From: Octopus vulgaris
Taxonomy: Eukaryota
DNA length: 64,000 nt
Direction of reading: 5' to 3'
NCBI GenBank assembly: GCA_951406725.2
Contig: OX597819.1
Coordinates: 112,282,001 to 112,346,000, forward strand
Each line of letters begins with the position of its first letter. Position 1 is the first letter of the stretch. The translations under genes were made by a program, and so were the position numbers. Shown here one piece after another: positions 1-11,497 of the stretch. Under the pieces are notes generated by a model. It was not told where the DNA came from, made no database searches, and saw nothing but the letters and a program-made list of their open reading frames with translations.

Positions 1-298
1 GGAGTATTTGTATTTCAAAGGTCACAACCAAATAAAATTCCACAATGCATTTTGTCCGATGTCCTAATGAATTTGCTAGCTCACTGCCTCTGCCATAATA
101 ATAACAGTTTCAAAGTTTGACACAAGGCCTCCAAATTTACTACTCGATTGATACTTATTCTGTTGACACCAAAATGATGAATGGCAAAGTTAATCATGGC
201 AGTATTTGAACTCAGAATGTAGAGAGCCAGAAGAAATGCTACTAAAAATTTTGTCCGATGCACTAACAATTCTGTCACTACATTATGCAATAATAGTA

Positions 299-514
299 AT
301 CCTTCCTACTGGAAGCACAAGGCCTCAAATTTGGGGAGAAGGAATTAAGTCAATTACATCAACCCCAATACATAACTGGAAATAATTTTATTGACCCCGA
401 AAGGATGAAAGGCACAGTTGACCTCATCAGAAATCGAATTCAGAACCTAATGGCAGACAAAATACCACTAAGCATTTTGCCTGGCGTGCTAACAATTCTG
501 CCAGCTCACTGCCT
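299..514 (-). mobile_element. tRNA-derived SINE, family A
   Basis: The minus strand starts aggcagtgagctggcagaattgttagcacgccagg. The family has a B-box-like GAGTTCAAATTC and a central block GCCTTTCATCCTTTCGGGGTC, and ends in (TTA)n-rich sequence. There are more than 20 copies in the window, including a degenerate neighbour at ~118-285. From memory the central block resembles the Meta/Sauria-type SINE domain (unverified). Confidence 0.85.
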
Positions 515-2009
515 TAATAATAATAATAATAATAACAATAGTAATAGAAAGTAATGATAATAATTTCTTTTATTGGTCATAAGTTGATAGACATAAATTA
601 TGACAACAGAAACTCAATAAACTTCATTGTAGTTCATATGATGTTAATGAGTATGTATATATGTGAGAATGCTTGATGTATGTGAGAGAATGGAAGTGTG
701 AGTGAATTAAAATGTGTGTGTGTGTGTGTGCTTGTAAGCATGTGAGTGCATGAATGTCGGTTCCCTCAGATTTTTACCTGTTTGTATATATTTAAATATG
801 TGTGGCTGTATCAGTACAAGCAGGAGGTACTTTGTGTTTATGCAATGAATGCAAGCGTACATGCATCTATTTGTGCAAACGTACATGCATGTATATGTAT
901 CTGATGAGGGTAGGTGAGCATATAAATACTGTACTACCTTTCAAGTAGACTTCAGAAGAAACAAGTAGTGGCTGGTTTTAAGTATATCACAGTCTATCAT
1001 TCACCCTCTTTCTCTCTCTTTCATTCACCCTCTCTCTTTCTCTCTCTGTCATTCACCCTCTATCTATCTCTATCATTCACTTTCTCTCGTTCACTCTCTC
1101 TCTCTCCTACTTTCTTGACAAACCTACAACTGCCAGATTCAATCTCGGATTGGTCAATGACTTATGCAAACAGTTAGTGACCATAATTAAAGAACTGACC
1201 AACTTGGATACAGTTAAAATGGTCTGATTGAATTCTATTATCAGGCCAACCCAAACCTGACTGCTTGACTGCTATGCACCATTGTTTATTTATGTACACA
1301 CACACACACACACATGTGTATGTATAGCCATATATGAATACAGATATACATATATGGACACATGCATACAAGCATATATATATGTTCCTATACATGTATA
1401 CATATACATATATGCATTTACAGAGTTAAAAGATATGATCAAGATAATCTCTATATAGAAAATGCTTAGTAGCGCTCAAAAGATTTGAACTTACACTCCA
1501 AAATATTTACCAAGGATCAAGTTAACAGGGTAAGGATTGGCTGTAAGGGGTACCCAAGGGAGCAGATATGGAGACAGTGATGCAATGCACACACACGCAA
1601 ACACGGATATATATGTATGCATTTATGTACTCTATATATATATGACTCTTGCCCCTTTTAAGATCAACGTTTCAGGTTGAAGTCCATGGGTAGACAAAGA
1701 GGGGAAGCAGTTAAATTGTCCTCTAGACATAAAAACAGACAATTGCCTGCTGGGCTAGTGGGCACTTCAATAGGGGGTCAAAGCACATCAATTTGTTTCC
1801 TGTCCATATAAGGACCACCCATTTAACCCGTGTACATAAAAGGTACCCTGTCAGATCATAGTATTTTAGTTTGAATACTCTATTATGTGAAACCTGCAAG
1901 CCAAAAGGAGAGCTACTATGTGACCACTCAAAAACTGCAAGACAAAGCAGCCAAATCTCTCAGTGATCATACCTTATAACCTATAAGTACAATGGATTAT
2001 TTTTATTAT

Positions 2010-2224
2010 TCTTTTCTATTCTAGGCTCAAAGCCCAAATTTTTGGGGGGAGGGAGTCAGTCGATTAGATTGACCCCAGTATGTAACTGGTATTTAATTTA
2101 TTGACCCCGAAAGGATGAAAGGCAAAGCTGACCTCGACAGAATTTGAACTCAAAACGTAAAGACAGATAAAATACTGCTAAGCATTTTGCCCGGTGTGCT
2201 AACGTTTCTGCCAGCTCACTGCCT
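2010..2224 (-). mobile_element. SINE family A copy
   Basis: Near-complete match to the family A motif series (gaccccagt..actggta..ttattgaccccgaaaggatgaaaggcaaag..aatttgaactc..gccagctcactgcct). Confidence 0.85.
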
Positions 2225-2266
2225 TATATCATTAGTATTATCATTATTATTATTATTACTGTTAAT

Positions 2267-2482
2267 CCAGTGAACTGGCAGAATCATTATAACGCCAGAA
2301 AAAATTCTTTAGCAGAATTTCTTCCGACGTTACTTTCTGAGTTTTAAACACTGCCAGGGACAACTTTGGTTTTTATCCTTTCAGGGTCAACAAAATTATG
2401 TACAAGTTGAGCAGTGGGGTCAATGTAGTTGACCTACGTCTTCCCCCAAAATTGCTAGACTTGTACCAAAAGTTTGAAGCCA
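2267..2482 (+). mobile_element. SINE family A copy, inverted relative to 2010-2224
   Basis: cagtgaactggcagaatc..ttctgagttttaaac..tatcctttcagggtcaacaaaa is the reverse complement of the family A text. Further + strand partial copies lie at ~2500-2645 and ~3090-3275. Confidence 0.75.
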
Positions 2483-2652
2483 TTATTGTTATCATTGCAA
2501 AAACAGTTAGCATGCTGGATGAAATGCTTCATGAAATTTTGCCTGGGTGTCTATGAAATAGGTACCAGTTGAGCATTGAGGTAGATGTAACTGACTGGCC
2601 CACTTTACCCCAAATTTTCAAGCCTTGTGCCTATAGTAGAAAGAATTATTAT

Positions 2653-3072
2653 TGTTGTTGTTGTTTGTTTGTTTGTTTGTTGAGCGAAGTGGTCTTCGTC
2701 CCAGAGCTCGCAAGATCGCACCTCAGGATTGCCTGTAGTGGGAGAAGTCCGAAATGTGGTCCTTTGCTATTCGTTAAGACCACAGAAGAGAAAGCAAGTC
2801 AACCCCCGACACCAAGAGCATCGACGGATGGATGAATGCGCATCCAGGCTCAGTGGTTGCGTAGGAAATCGGGGACAAGAAACAGGAAGAAAGAGTGAGA
2901 GAAAGTTGGAGTGAAAGAGTACAACAGGGGCTGACACCACCCTTGCCAGAGCCTCATGGAGCTTTAGATGATTTTGCTCAATAAACACACACAACGCCCG
3001 GTTTGGGAATCGAAACCGCGATCCTCTGACCGCGAGTCTGCTGCCCTAATCATTGGGCCATTGCGCCTCCAC
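2653..3072 (-). mobile_element. Young tRNA-derived SINE, family D (~420 bp)
   Basis: Minus-strand head gtggaggcgcaaTGGCCCAATGattagggcagcagactcgcggtcagaggatcgcgGTTTCGATTCCc has A and B boxes. It has a (CAAA/CAA)n tail, retains many CpGs and sits in a (TTG)n context. Confidence 0.85.
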
Positions 3073-3894
3073 TGTTGTTGCTGTTGAAAACAGTGGATTG
3101 GTAGAGCCATTAGAGCATGGAGCAACTTTATATTCTGAGTTCAAATGCTGCCAAAGTCAGTTTTGCTGTTCATCCATCCGAGGGTCAATAAAATCAACTA
3201 CCATTCAGGCATGTAGCAATATAATCAACCCACTTCCTCATTCAAATTTCTGGCCTTGTGCTTACATTAGAAACAATTATTATAGAAAATGGTTAACTGC
3301 TTTAAACTGTTGAAGGTCTGGTTAGGTTCAACCTGTGATGTGTTAATCGAGATTTGGATAAATTCCAGACTCAATTTATTTTATTTAATTATTTACATAG
3401 TTTATTTATTTATTTATTTTTATACAAAAAGAAAGCATTGACTAATTGGCAGTTAAAGAGTGCAGTAGAACATGTAGACAATAGAAGATAAACAAGAAAC
3501 TAAAGGAAAAGCCGAGGAAATGAACTTAAATAGTCTTTAGGAGGATGTGAAAACCTGTTCATTCAGTATTAGACAGTTACTCTGACAGAGGTCAGAGATC
3601 AAGGTCATTGTTTAGCTTTGCTTTGTTGTTTTTCTTTTATCTACAACTCCTAGGTTAATTATCTAGACAATAACTTTTGCAAGATAGGTTCATTAAAGTA
3701 ATTGCCACTAAAATAAAGACTTACAATTTGCCATGCAGTTATGGCTACAGGCATAGGCGCAACTGTGTGGTTAGGAAGCTTGCTTCCCAGCCAGGTGGTT
3801 TTAGATCCAGTCCCAGTGTCATGTATTACAGTTCTGGGCTGTAAATGGATTTGGTATACAAAAACTGAAAGACGCTCATCATATATATATATTT

Positions 3895-4250
3895 TCTTTT
3901 ACTCTTTTACTTGCTTCAGTCATGTGACTGTGGCCATTCTAAAGTACTGCCTTTAGTCAAACTATTCAACCCCAGGACTTATTCTTTGTAAACTTAATAC
4001 ATATTCTATCAGTCTCTTTTGCTAAACCACTAAGTTACGGGGATGTAAACACACCAACATCGGCTGTCAAGTGATGGTGGAAGGTCAAACACAGACACAC
4101 AAATACATACATACTTTCAGTTTCCAAAGGGCTTTGGTCAGCCCAAGGCTATAGTAGAAAACACTTGCCCAAGGTGCCACGCAGTGAGACTGAACCCGGA
4201 ACCATGTGGTTAGGAAGCAAGCTTCTTACCAAACAGCCACTCATGCACCT
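3895..4250 (-). mobile_element. tRNA/CORE-like SINE, family B
   Basis: Head has GGTTCAGTC(C/T)CAC followed by CCTTGGGCAAGTG (CORE-like), then a central microsatellite and a tail ending ..gactgaagcaagtaaaagag. An opposite-strand head fragment lies at ~3753-3880. Confidence 0.85.
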
Positions 4251-6139
4251 ATATATTATATATATATATATATATATTTGACCTCATGTGATATTTGTAA
4301 ATGATAGTTAACATCATACAAGCAGTGTCATTTGTTTCCAATCTTCCATGGAAATCTATCTGGTCTTGGGAATTTTATCTTGCTTGGAAACAGGTGAGGG
4401 AGGGTTGGGGGCAAGAATAACATAAAGCCATAAAAAATCTGTTGAGAGAGAGAGAGAAGAAAAAGAAAGATGAGGAGAGAGAAAGAGAGATTGTTAAGAT
4501 TTAGTAAGTGTTTGGTAGTTATAGGGGCTGACTCTGTGGAGTAATGCTTGAGAAAAATCAAAGGGTCATTTTTGAAACTGAAAGCAGTACAGAAGATATT
4601 CTGTGGCTTCAGATTTTGCATCAGAAATGCTTAATAAGTGTTATAGATGAAATTCTAAACTCCAGAGTAACTAGAAGGGTTTCCAGTGAGCTCTCTTTTT
4701 ACCATTTGTAAATTCAAAAGTACATCATTATCATCATCATCATTTAGCGTCTGCTTTCCATGCTAGCATGGGCTGGACGGTTCAACTGGGGTCTGGGAAG
4801 CCAGAAGGCTGCACCAGGCCCCAGTCTGATATGGCAATGTTTCTACGGCTGGATGCCCATTCCTAACGCCAACATATATATTGTATACATTTAATTTCCT
4901 TTTCTTCTTTTCTTTTTTTTACTGATTTCCATCATTATACAGTGACTAGACCCAAAGAATCAAATCTCACCACCAAGTACTCCTTCATTTTAAAGATAAC
5001 AACAAGAAGCAAAGCTGCAGGAGAGTTCTATGCTTCATGGCATCAATCAACTAGTAGCCAATTCTTAGCCCCACAGTAACAGTAACATTAATTTAAGGAG
5101 AGGATGTATTACTTCTGGTGTAGTTCACTAGATGCCAACTCCTGTCTAACCATTTAGCTCATGCCAGCATGGAAAACGGATGTTAAATGACAATGTTGAT
5201 GATGATGATAATGATGAAGCTGTTCTCCAGCTCTTGATAATCAAGTGAAGCTGATATATGCACATTATATAACAAATATAATGATATAGCCTCAGTATAA
5301 CTGCTACTGTAAATATATTACGAATGTAACTGATAATTTTGCTGTGTCTCAAGAGGGTCATTATGCCAATAATAACACATGCACAGGTTCAATTACACTT
5401 CTTTGCTATAAGGCAATTGGCTAATTATCTACAAAATGACTAAATATAAAGAAATGGAATTGAATTGGTGTGTGTTATTAATAATGATGTAATGATTCTC
5501 CCAGGAGACAACAAAATTTGCTTCAACACATGAATTCACACTAAGAATCTTGCAAACCAAATACAAAAGCGAAGTAACTAATAATATATTTTTATATAAT
5601 GTCACAGACATTCCGTCAAAACAATATTAGGACATTACTATCTATAGTTAATCAACCTGCTGTAAATAGTAGTCAAATCACTGTAAAATTATACTTTACT
5701 GCTCTGCAAAACAGACGATATTTTACAGTGGATAATACTAGATACACTGTGCATGAATAAAGGTAGGATAGTCACAACTTGTACACCTTTCACTATAGAT
5801 CAACTCTGAGGGAGGAGATGACTGAGGGTTAAACAACAATTATAACATATTAGGCATTATATATATCAATTTTAGACCAAACAGAGAAACAGGTTGAGCA
5901 ATGAGGCTTGAACCCAGCACCCACTGTTTACCATGTGGCAACATTACCAATTATATGATAAGGCACCTGCCATTCTACTTTCTCAAACCACAAATTATCA
6001 TTTGCTTCTGCTACTTTAACTAGTTTATTCCCAAGAGAAATAATACATGGTTTGAGGCCAATCAGTGGGCATTATTTTCTCTTATCTTCCAAACTAGTGC
6101 TTTGAATGTCTAATATTACATAAACAAGTTAACAAAGAA

Positions 6140-6340
6140 CCTCTTCATGGTCACTCATCTTATTAAAACAAACAGCCAAATAAATAATACCTGTTACACC
6201 TCTCTACCTTGACTAAGAAAGATGCATTGGATAGTGTGGTTCTGGATATGCTACAGATGAGAAAAGGATGAGAGGGTCACAGTTGGAATGCTCTTGAGCA
6301 AGGGTTTGCTCATCAGAGTTGACTTGGCGATTAAACAACA
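6140..6340 (+). repeat. Old interspersed repeat, family F
   Basis: Recurring degenerate series atggtcactc..ctgctagaaatagcagccaaat..cattggataatgt..ctagata..ggatggtca..ggaatgc..atcatag..gatcag..gacctgggg..aaacaacaa. Other copies: ~5625-5850, 8290-8490, 15400-15605, 44450-44620 and 52470-52640 (+); 26270-26420, 28205-28400, 40530-40655 and 60040-60240 (-). Confidence 0.65.
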
Positions 6341-6696
6341 GTTACATTAAAATACTCGTTTCAAATTTTGGCACAAGGCCAGCAATTTCATGGGCATGGG
6401 CCAATCAATTACGTCAACCCTAGTGCTTAACTGGTACTTATTTTATCAACCTCAAAATGATGAAAGACAAAGTCAACCCCAATGGTATTTGAATTCAGAA
6501 TGCAAAGTCGGAAGAAATACCCCTAAGCATTTTGCCCGGCACAGTAACAATTATGTGAGCTGGTCGCCTTACATGCATTGAAATATTATCAGTTAATTTA
6601 TAAGTTGATACACATCAAATCACCTATTGTAGATTTGAACACACAACTTATGGGGTAGACCACCTGATGAAACATCCACATAACACAGTCACTTAC

Positions 6697-6770
6697 CCAC
6701 CTACTCTTCTTCACCAAAACTCCCAAACTGTTTGTGAAGTAAAACAGATGTTGATAAATATTTGCATGAT
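6697..6770 (-). other. Candidate 74-nt internal exon
   Basis: Minus strand: acceptor tgttgttttccAG and donor TGG|GTAAGT. One frame is open (phase 1 in, phase 0 out): HANIYQHLFYFTNSLGVLVKKSRW. No homology recognised. Confidence 0.3.
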
Positions 6771-7779
6771 CTGGAAAACAACAGCTGCTTTTGTTTTTAT
6801 GTCCACTGTTACTAACGTTATTGAATTGATTGGCAACTGAACACATAGCAGTGTTGGTCAGTTGGTCAGTCAGTCCAGCACTTGGTTGATCAGTTGACTG
6901 GCTGGCTGTTCAGTTGATTGGCTGGTCGGGCCATTGTGAAAGATCAGTCAATAACAGCATTAGAGATTTAACCAGTGAGTACACATAACCAGAGGAGAGA
7001 AGCACAGCAGACAGTTGAAAGAGAGAGAGGGATAGATAGATAGATATATAGATACGGAATGAATAGAGGAACACATTGGTGAAAGGAGAAAGACTAAATT
7101 GAGAAGGAGAGGCATGAGAAACAAAGAAATGAAGACCTTGTGACTGCATATGTTTGTACGCATGTTGTGTGTGTAGGTGCCTTTATGAGTATATGAGTGT
7201 GTGTGTAAGTAAGGTTGGATTTGGACTCAAAGAAGCAAGGAAAATAAATACAATAAACCATTCAATGTGCTGCTCTATCATTTATGTCTAATTGTCACCT
7301 TTCAATCAATAATGATTTCAAACTAAGATAGAAGGTTGCAAAGTCTCCTTTCATCCTTCTGGGTCAATACAATACAAACCAATCAACTACTGGAGTCAAT
7401 TTAATTCACTGTATTCCTCTCTAAATAAAACGTGGCCATGGGCCAATATAAAAAAAAATCATCATCATCATCATCATCATTATTATTATTATTCAATAGT
7501 TTCATATGCATTGTCAGGTGTACCTTTGTGTTCCTGGGGTACACGCAGCACTTACGGTCTTTTGGTGTGTACAAATGTGTTTCCATGCTACGTCAATTTT
7601 GCTGCATAGTGGGGTTTCTTTTATTGTTTCTGCTGTTATTTTAGTGTTTTGTCTGTTGCATACAACGTCAGTTGTTATATATTTGTTGAGTTTATATTTG
7701 TTGTGTTTCGTATATGCGATATTGTGTTTTTTATCATGTATGATCGGTAGTGTGAAGAGATCTCTGTAAGTTGAGGGTG

Positions 7780-8095
7780 AGAGAAAATCATATCCCAGCA
7801 GATTGGTTATTGAATACTCTCGTTCCTCTGTGCAAGGGAAAAGTGATCCCTGGGCTGTGGTTCAGTTACAGCAATTAAATTACTGAAGCATGGAATGAAG
7901 GTATTGGAAATAATGTCAGAGAACAGGACAGAGAAGAAAACGAAAATCAATGAAAGATATTTTGGATTTACGCCAGGAATGACTGATGTAGCTTTTATAT
8001 AAGGTGATTATAGAAAGAAGTAGAGGGTTAAGAGAGAGAATTTGTTTCTTGTGGTTGCTGATCTGGAGAAAGCTTTCTGTAAGGTTCTTTGTGAA
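7780..8095 (+). mobile_element. Degenerate RTE-clade LINE reverse-transcriptase fragment
   Basis: Across frameshifts it reads IPADWLLNTLVPLCKGK..IKLLKHGMKVLE..FGFTPG..NLFLVVADLEKAF. This matches the RTE RT motif series IPxxW..P.yKgK..IKLL.H.MK..E..QFGF.PG..FVDLEKAF. Confidence 0.8.
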
Positions 8096-8624
8096 AGTGG
8101 TGGCAACATGAACATTGAAAGTGAACAATGGATTGTGTAGTGATGTTGAAGTGAGAGAGAGAGAGTGAGAGAGAGGGAGTGACAGAGAGAGAGAGAGAGA
8201 GCACATGTAGTCATAAGAATGAAGGGCCCAGATAATCATAAGAATGAAGGGCCCAGATAATCTTTATATAAATGATGGTTATTCCTATGTATTTGTCACA
8301 ACATAAATGCAACAAAATTCCTTCAAATCACACCCTAACACATAAAAAGTACATGGTGGGCAATGTACTTTCAGACCCAGATATAGAAACAAACACAAAA
8401 GAAGCATGACAGCCACTACTGGAAAACTTCCACTCATAGGTTTGCTCAATCAGGATTGACCAGAGGCCAAATGGTATCAACAATAACATCATCAGATTCA
8501 AGATAATTTTAAAAAGTTATTACATACCCACCACAAAAAAAAAAAAAATTGTTCACCACCAGCTTATTATTCTATAACTTCACTATAATAATAGTTTATA
8601 ATACTGTTGCAGACACAATATATA

Positions 8625-8843
8625 TTCCTTTACTACCAACAAGGGGCTAAACACAGAAGGGACAAACAAGGACAGACAAACGGATTGAGTTAATTATATC
8701 GACCCCAGTGCATAACTGGTACTTATTTAATCGACCCCGAAAGGATGAAAGGCAAAGTCGATCTCAGCAGAATTTGAACTCAGAATGTAGTGGCAGACGA
8801 AATACTGCTAAGCATTTCACCCATCGTGCTAACGATTCTGCCA
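8625..8843 (-). mobile_element. SINE family A variant with an alternative 3' tail
   Basis: Family A head and core, but the tail side reads caaggggctaaacacagaagggacaaacaaggacagacaaacggatt (+ strand text). A second, better-preserved copy is at 31137-31367. Confidence 0.8.
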
Positions 8844-9516
8844 CAATATAGACACATTGACAATGTTAGCTTTTCAGGTTTCCTTTTTCTTAATGACTCA
8901 GAGAAGGAAGACAACCCCAGTATGGCAAAACAGTTATGAACTGATGACAATATACACATACGCATACATACATGAATCAGCATAACTGATTAGTTAAGGA
9001 GTTTGATTTATAATCATGAAGGCTGGAGTTCAATCCCACACTTGGTAGTACGATATCAGGAACAAATGTCTTTCAGAATGGACTCTGTTGAAGGCACCTA
9101 AGGAGTCTAGCGGTGATGGTAAAATGAGTGACACATTAAGACTACCATCCACAATGGGATTTTAGCTCAGAGTACAAAATGCTGGAACAAATACCACATG
9201 TTCTAACAATTGCCATTACTCACTGCCTTGCATTGGTACTCTTTTATCAACACTGAGAGCATGAAAAGCAAAATTGACTTTGGTGAGAGTTGAACTTGAA
9301 GTACCAAGAGTCAGCAGAAATACCATGAAGTGCTTTAACCAACACTCTAACAACTCAGCCAACGTGCCCCACTTCCTATATGTTTATATGTTATTGTTGT
9401 TTTATAATATAAAATGAATATGAGGTAGCAAAAATAACTCAAAGTGGTTAGTGGCATGAATTTGAGCAACAAAGACAAAGAAAAGGACCATAATTAGTTA
9501 TTTATTTATATATATA

Positions 9517-9898
9517 CTAGCAGTATCGCCCGGCGTTGCTCGGGTTTGTAAGGGAAATAACTATAAAGGATTTTTTAGAGAGTTATGGCCAAAAAATAGA
9601 AAAAAAATGGGAAAAAAAAGATGGTAAATTTTTTTTTGATAGTTAAAAAGGTCGAGTTGCGTCCCCATGACCATCTGTGGTTTGTATTTCTGATTGTCGA
9701 CCCCATGTTGAATTTATCGATCTTTTTCAGAACTGGGGGAACTTTTCAAAATTTTCGCTGCGTTAGTTTTGAATTATGACATTGGGCTATGTGTGTGTCA
9801 AGTTTCATCAGAATCGGTTGAAAGCCGTGGTCAGAGTGAGGGTACAAGCAAACAGACACACAGAAACACACACAGACAAACCGCCGTTTATATATAGA
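9517..9898 (-). mobile_element. Complete non-autonomous Helitron (382 bp)
   Basis: The minus strand begins TC (TCTATATATAAACGGCGG) and ends CTAG, inserted between A and T with no TSD. There is a GC-rich subterminal hairpin CCCGagcaacgcCGGG (9529-9544) about 12 nt from the end, and a (GT/GTCT)n stretch near the 5' end. Confidence 0.88.
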
Positions 9899-10284
9899 TA
9901 TATATATATATATATATATCTTTAAAGATAGAAAACAAACAAACTCACACACACACACAATGAACTTCCCAGTCAAGGACAACAGATGAGAGTTCTGAAA
10001 GTTCTTGCTAAACAACCAGCACAGAAGGTTTGTTTATAATAAACAAATGCTTGTGCTGCAGCTTAGAACACGCCCTCAATCAAATCAACATTGCATGTAC
10101 GGGTTTGCGGTATGCCACACACACCAGCTATCAAAGAGATTGCAGAGCAACAGGAGGTGAAGTGTTTTGCTCCAGAACACAATGCACTGCCTGCTCCAGA
10201 AATTGAAACTACAATCTAGCAATCAGGAGTGCAACACCCTAACCACTAAGCTGCATACCCTCAAGCATCACACATATATATGTA

Positions 10285-10475
10285 TACAGGGAGAGTTTAC
10301 AAAAAAAAAGATGAAGACAGGTGGTGTACAAAGCAAACAGATGTATTAGTATAACGCTCAGGAATAGAAAAAGTCTTTTACGTTTCGAGCCTACGCTCTT
10401 CTACAGAAAGGGACACAGGAGAAACAAGGAGAGAGAAAAATGTGTGTAGTGTCTAACGATCTATCATGGCGACTG
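10285..10475 (-). mobile_element. Short repeat carrying a minimal hammerhead-like motif (putative Penelope-like pLTR remnant)
   Basis: Minus strand 10410-10375: cttt CTGTAGA A GAGC gtag GCTC GAAAC GT A aaag. Confidence 0.5.
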
Positions 10476-11094
10476 GCAAGCATATATGTATATATATCAT
10501 GGCAAGTATATATGTATATACTTGCACACACTACAGATGTGTATATAAATGAAAAACTTAAATGAGTGGTGAGAGAGAGAGTGGTAGTGGTGGTGGTGGT
10601 GGTGATGATGAGTATTGTTTAACTCTTTAATCTCACTAAGCTACTTCACATTCCTCACTACAAAGTGCAAAGATTAAAGGCCGTTTCCCCCTTCTTTCTT
10701 TCCCTTTTTCTCTTACATTTGTTCTTTCCTTGTATTTTACTAATTTACCTTTTTGGTTTCTTAATGCTTTTGTTAACCGATTTAAATCTAAGATTAATTT
10801 GTAATTAGTTAATACTATTATTAAACAATTAGCAGTATGATGTGTACTGTGTCATGTGTTTCCCATTATACCAAACACAAACACACACACACACACGTAT
10901 ATTCATCTTTTATTTACTGTATATCTGCTTTTCCAAGTTAGCAGAGTTTGATGAACACTTATTCACAGCTGGATGCCCTTCTTGTAGTCAAGCCTTACAT
11001 TTCAAAGAAGGGAATACATATTTCATTGGTATTCACAAATGCAAAGATATAGGACATCTCCATAGGAATACAAACAAGACATCACTGTTTATAT

Positions 11095-11497
11095 ACTCTT
11101 TACTCTTTTACTTGTTTCAGTCATTTGACTGCGGCCATGCTGGAGCACTGCCTTTAATCGAGCAACTCGACCCCGGGACTTATTCTTTGTAAGCCCAGTA
11201 CTTATTCTATCAGTCTCTTTTTGTCAAACTGCTAAGTGACAGGGACATAAACACACCAGCATCGGTTGTCAAGCAATGTTAGGGGGACAAACACAGACAC
11301 ACAAACACACACACATACATATATACATATATACAACGGGCTTCTTTCAGTTTCCGTCTACCAAATCCACTCACAAGGCTTTGGTCGGCCCGAGGCTATA
11401 GAAGAAGACACTTGCCCAAGGTGCCACACAGTGGGACTGAACCCGGAACCATGTGGTTGGTAAACAAGCTACTTACCACACAGCCACTTCTGCGCCT
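11095..11497 (-). mobile_element. SINE family B, full-length well-preserved copy
   Basis: Head aggcgcagaagtggctgtgtggtaagtagc..gggttcagtcccac, CORE-like ccttgggcaagtgtc, a (TA/TG)n spacer, and a tail ending gactgaaacaagtaaaagagtaaaagag. Confidence 0.9.

Noticed and set aside
2995-3072. tRNA gene
   Set aside because: The A/B boxes belong to a SINE head that continues into a body and tail. No complete cloverleaf is supported. The same applies to the other SINE heads.
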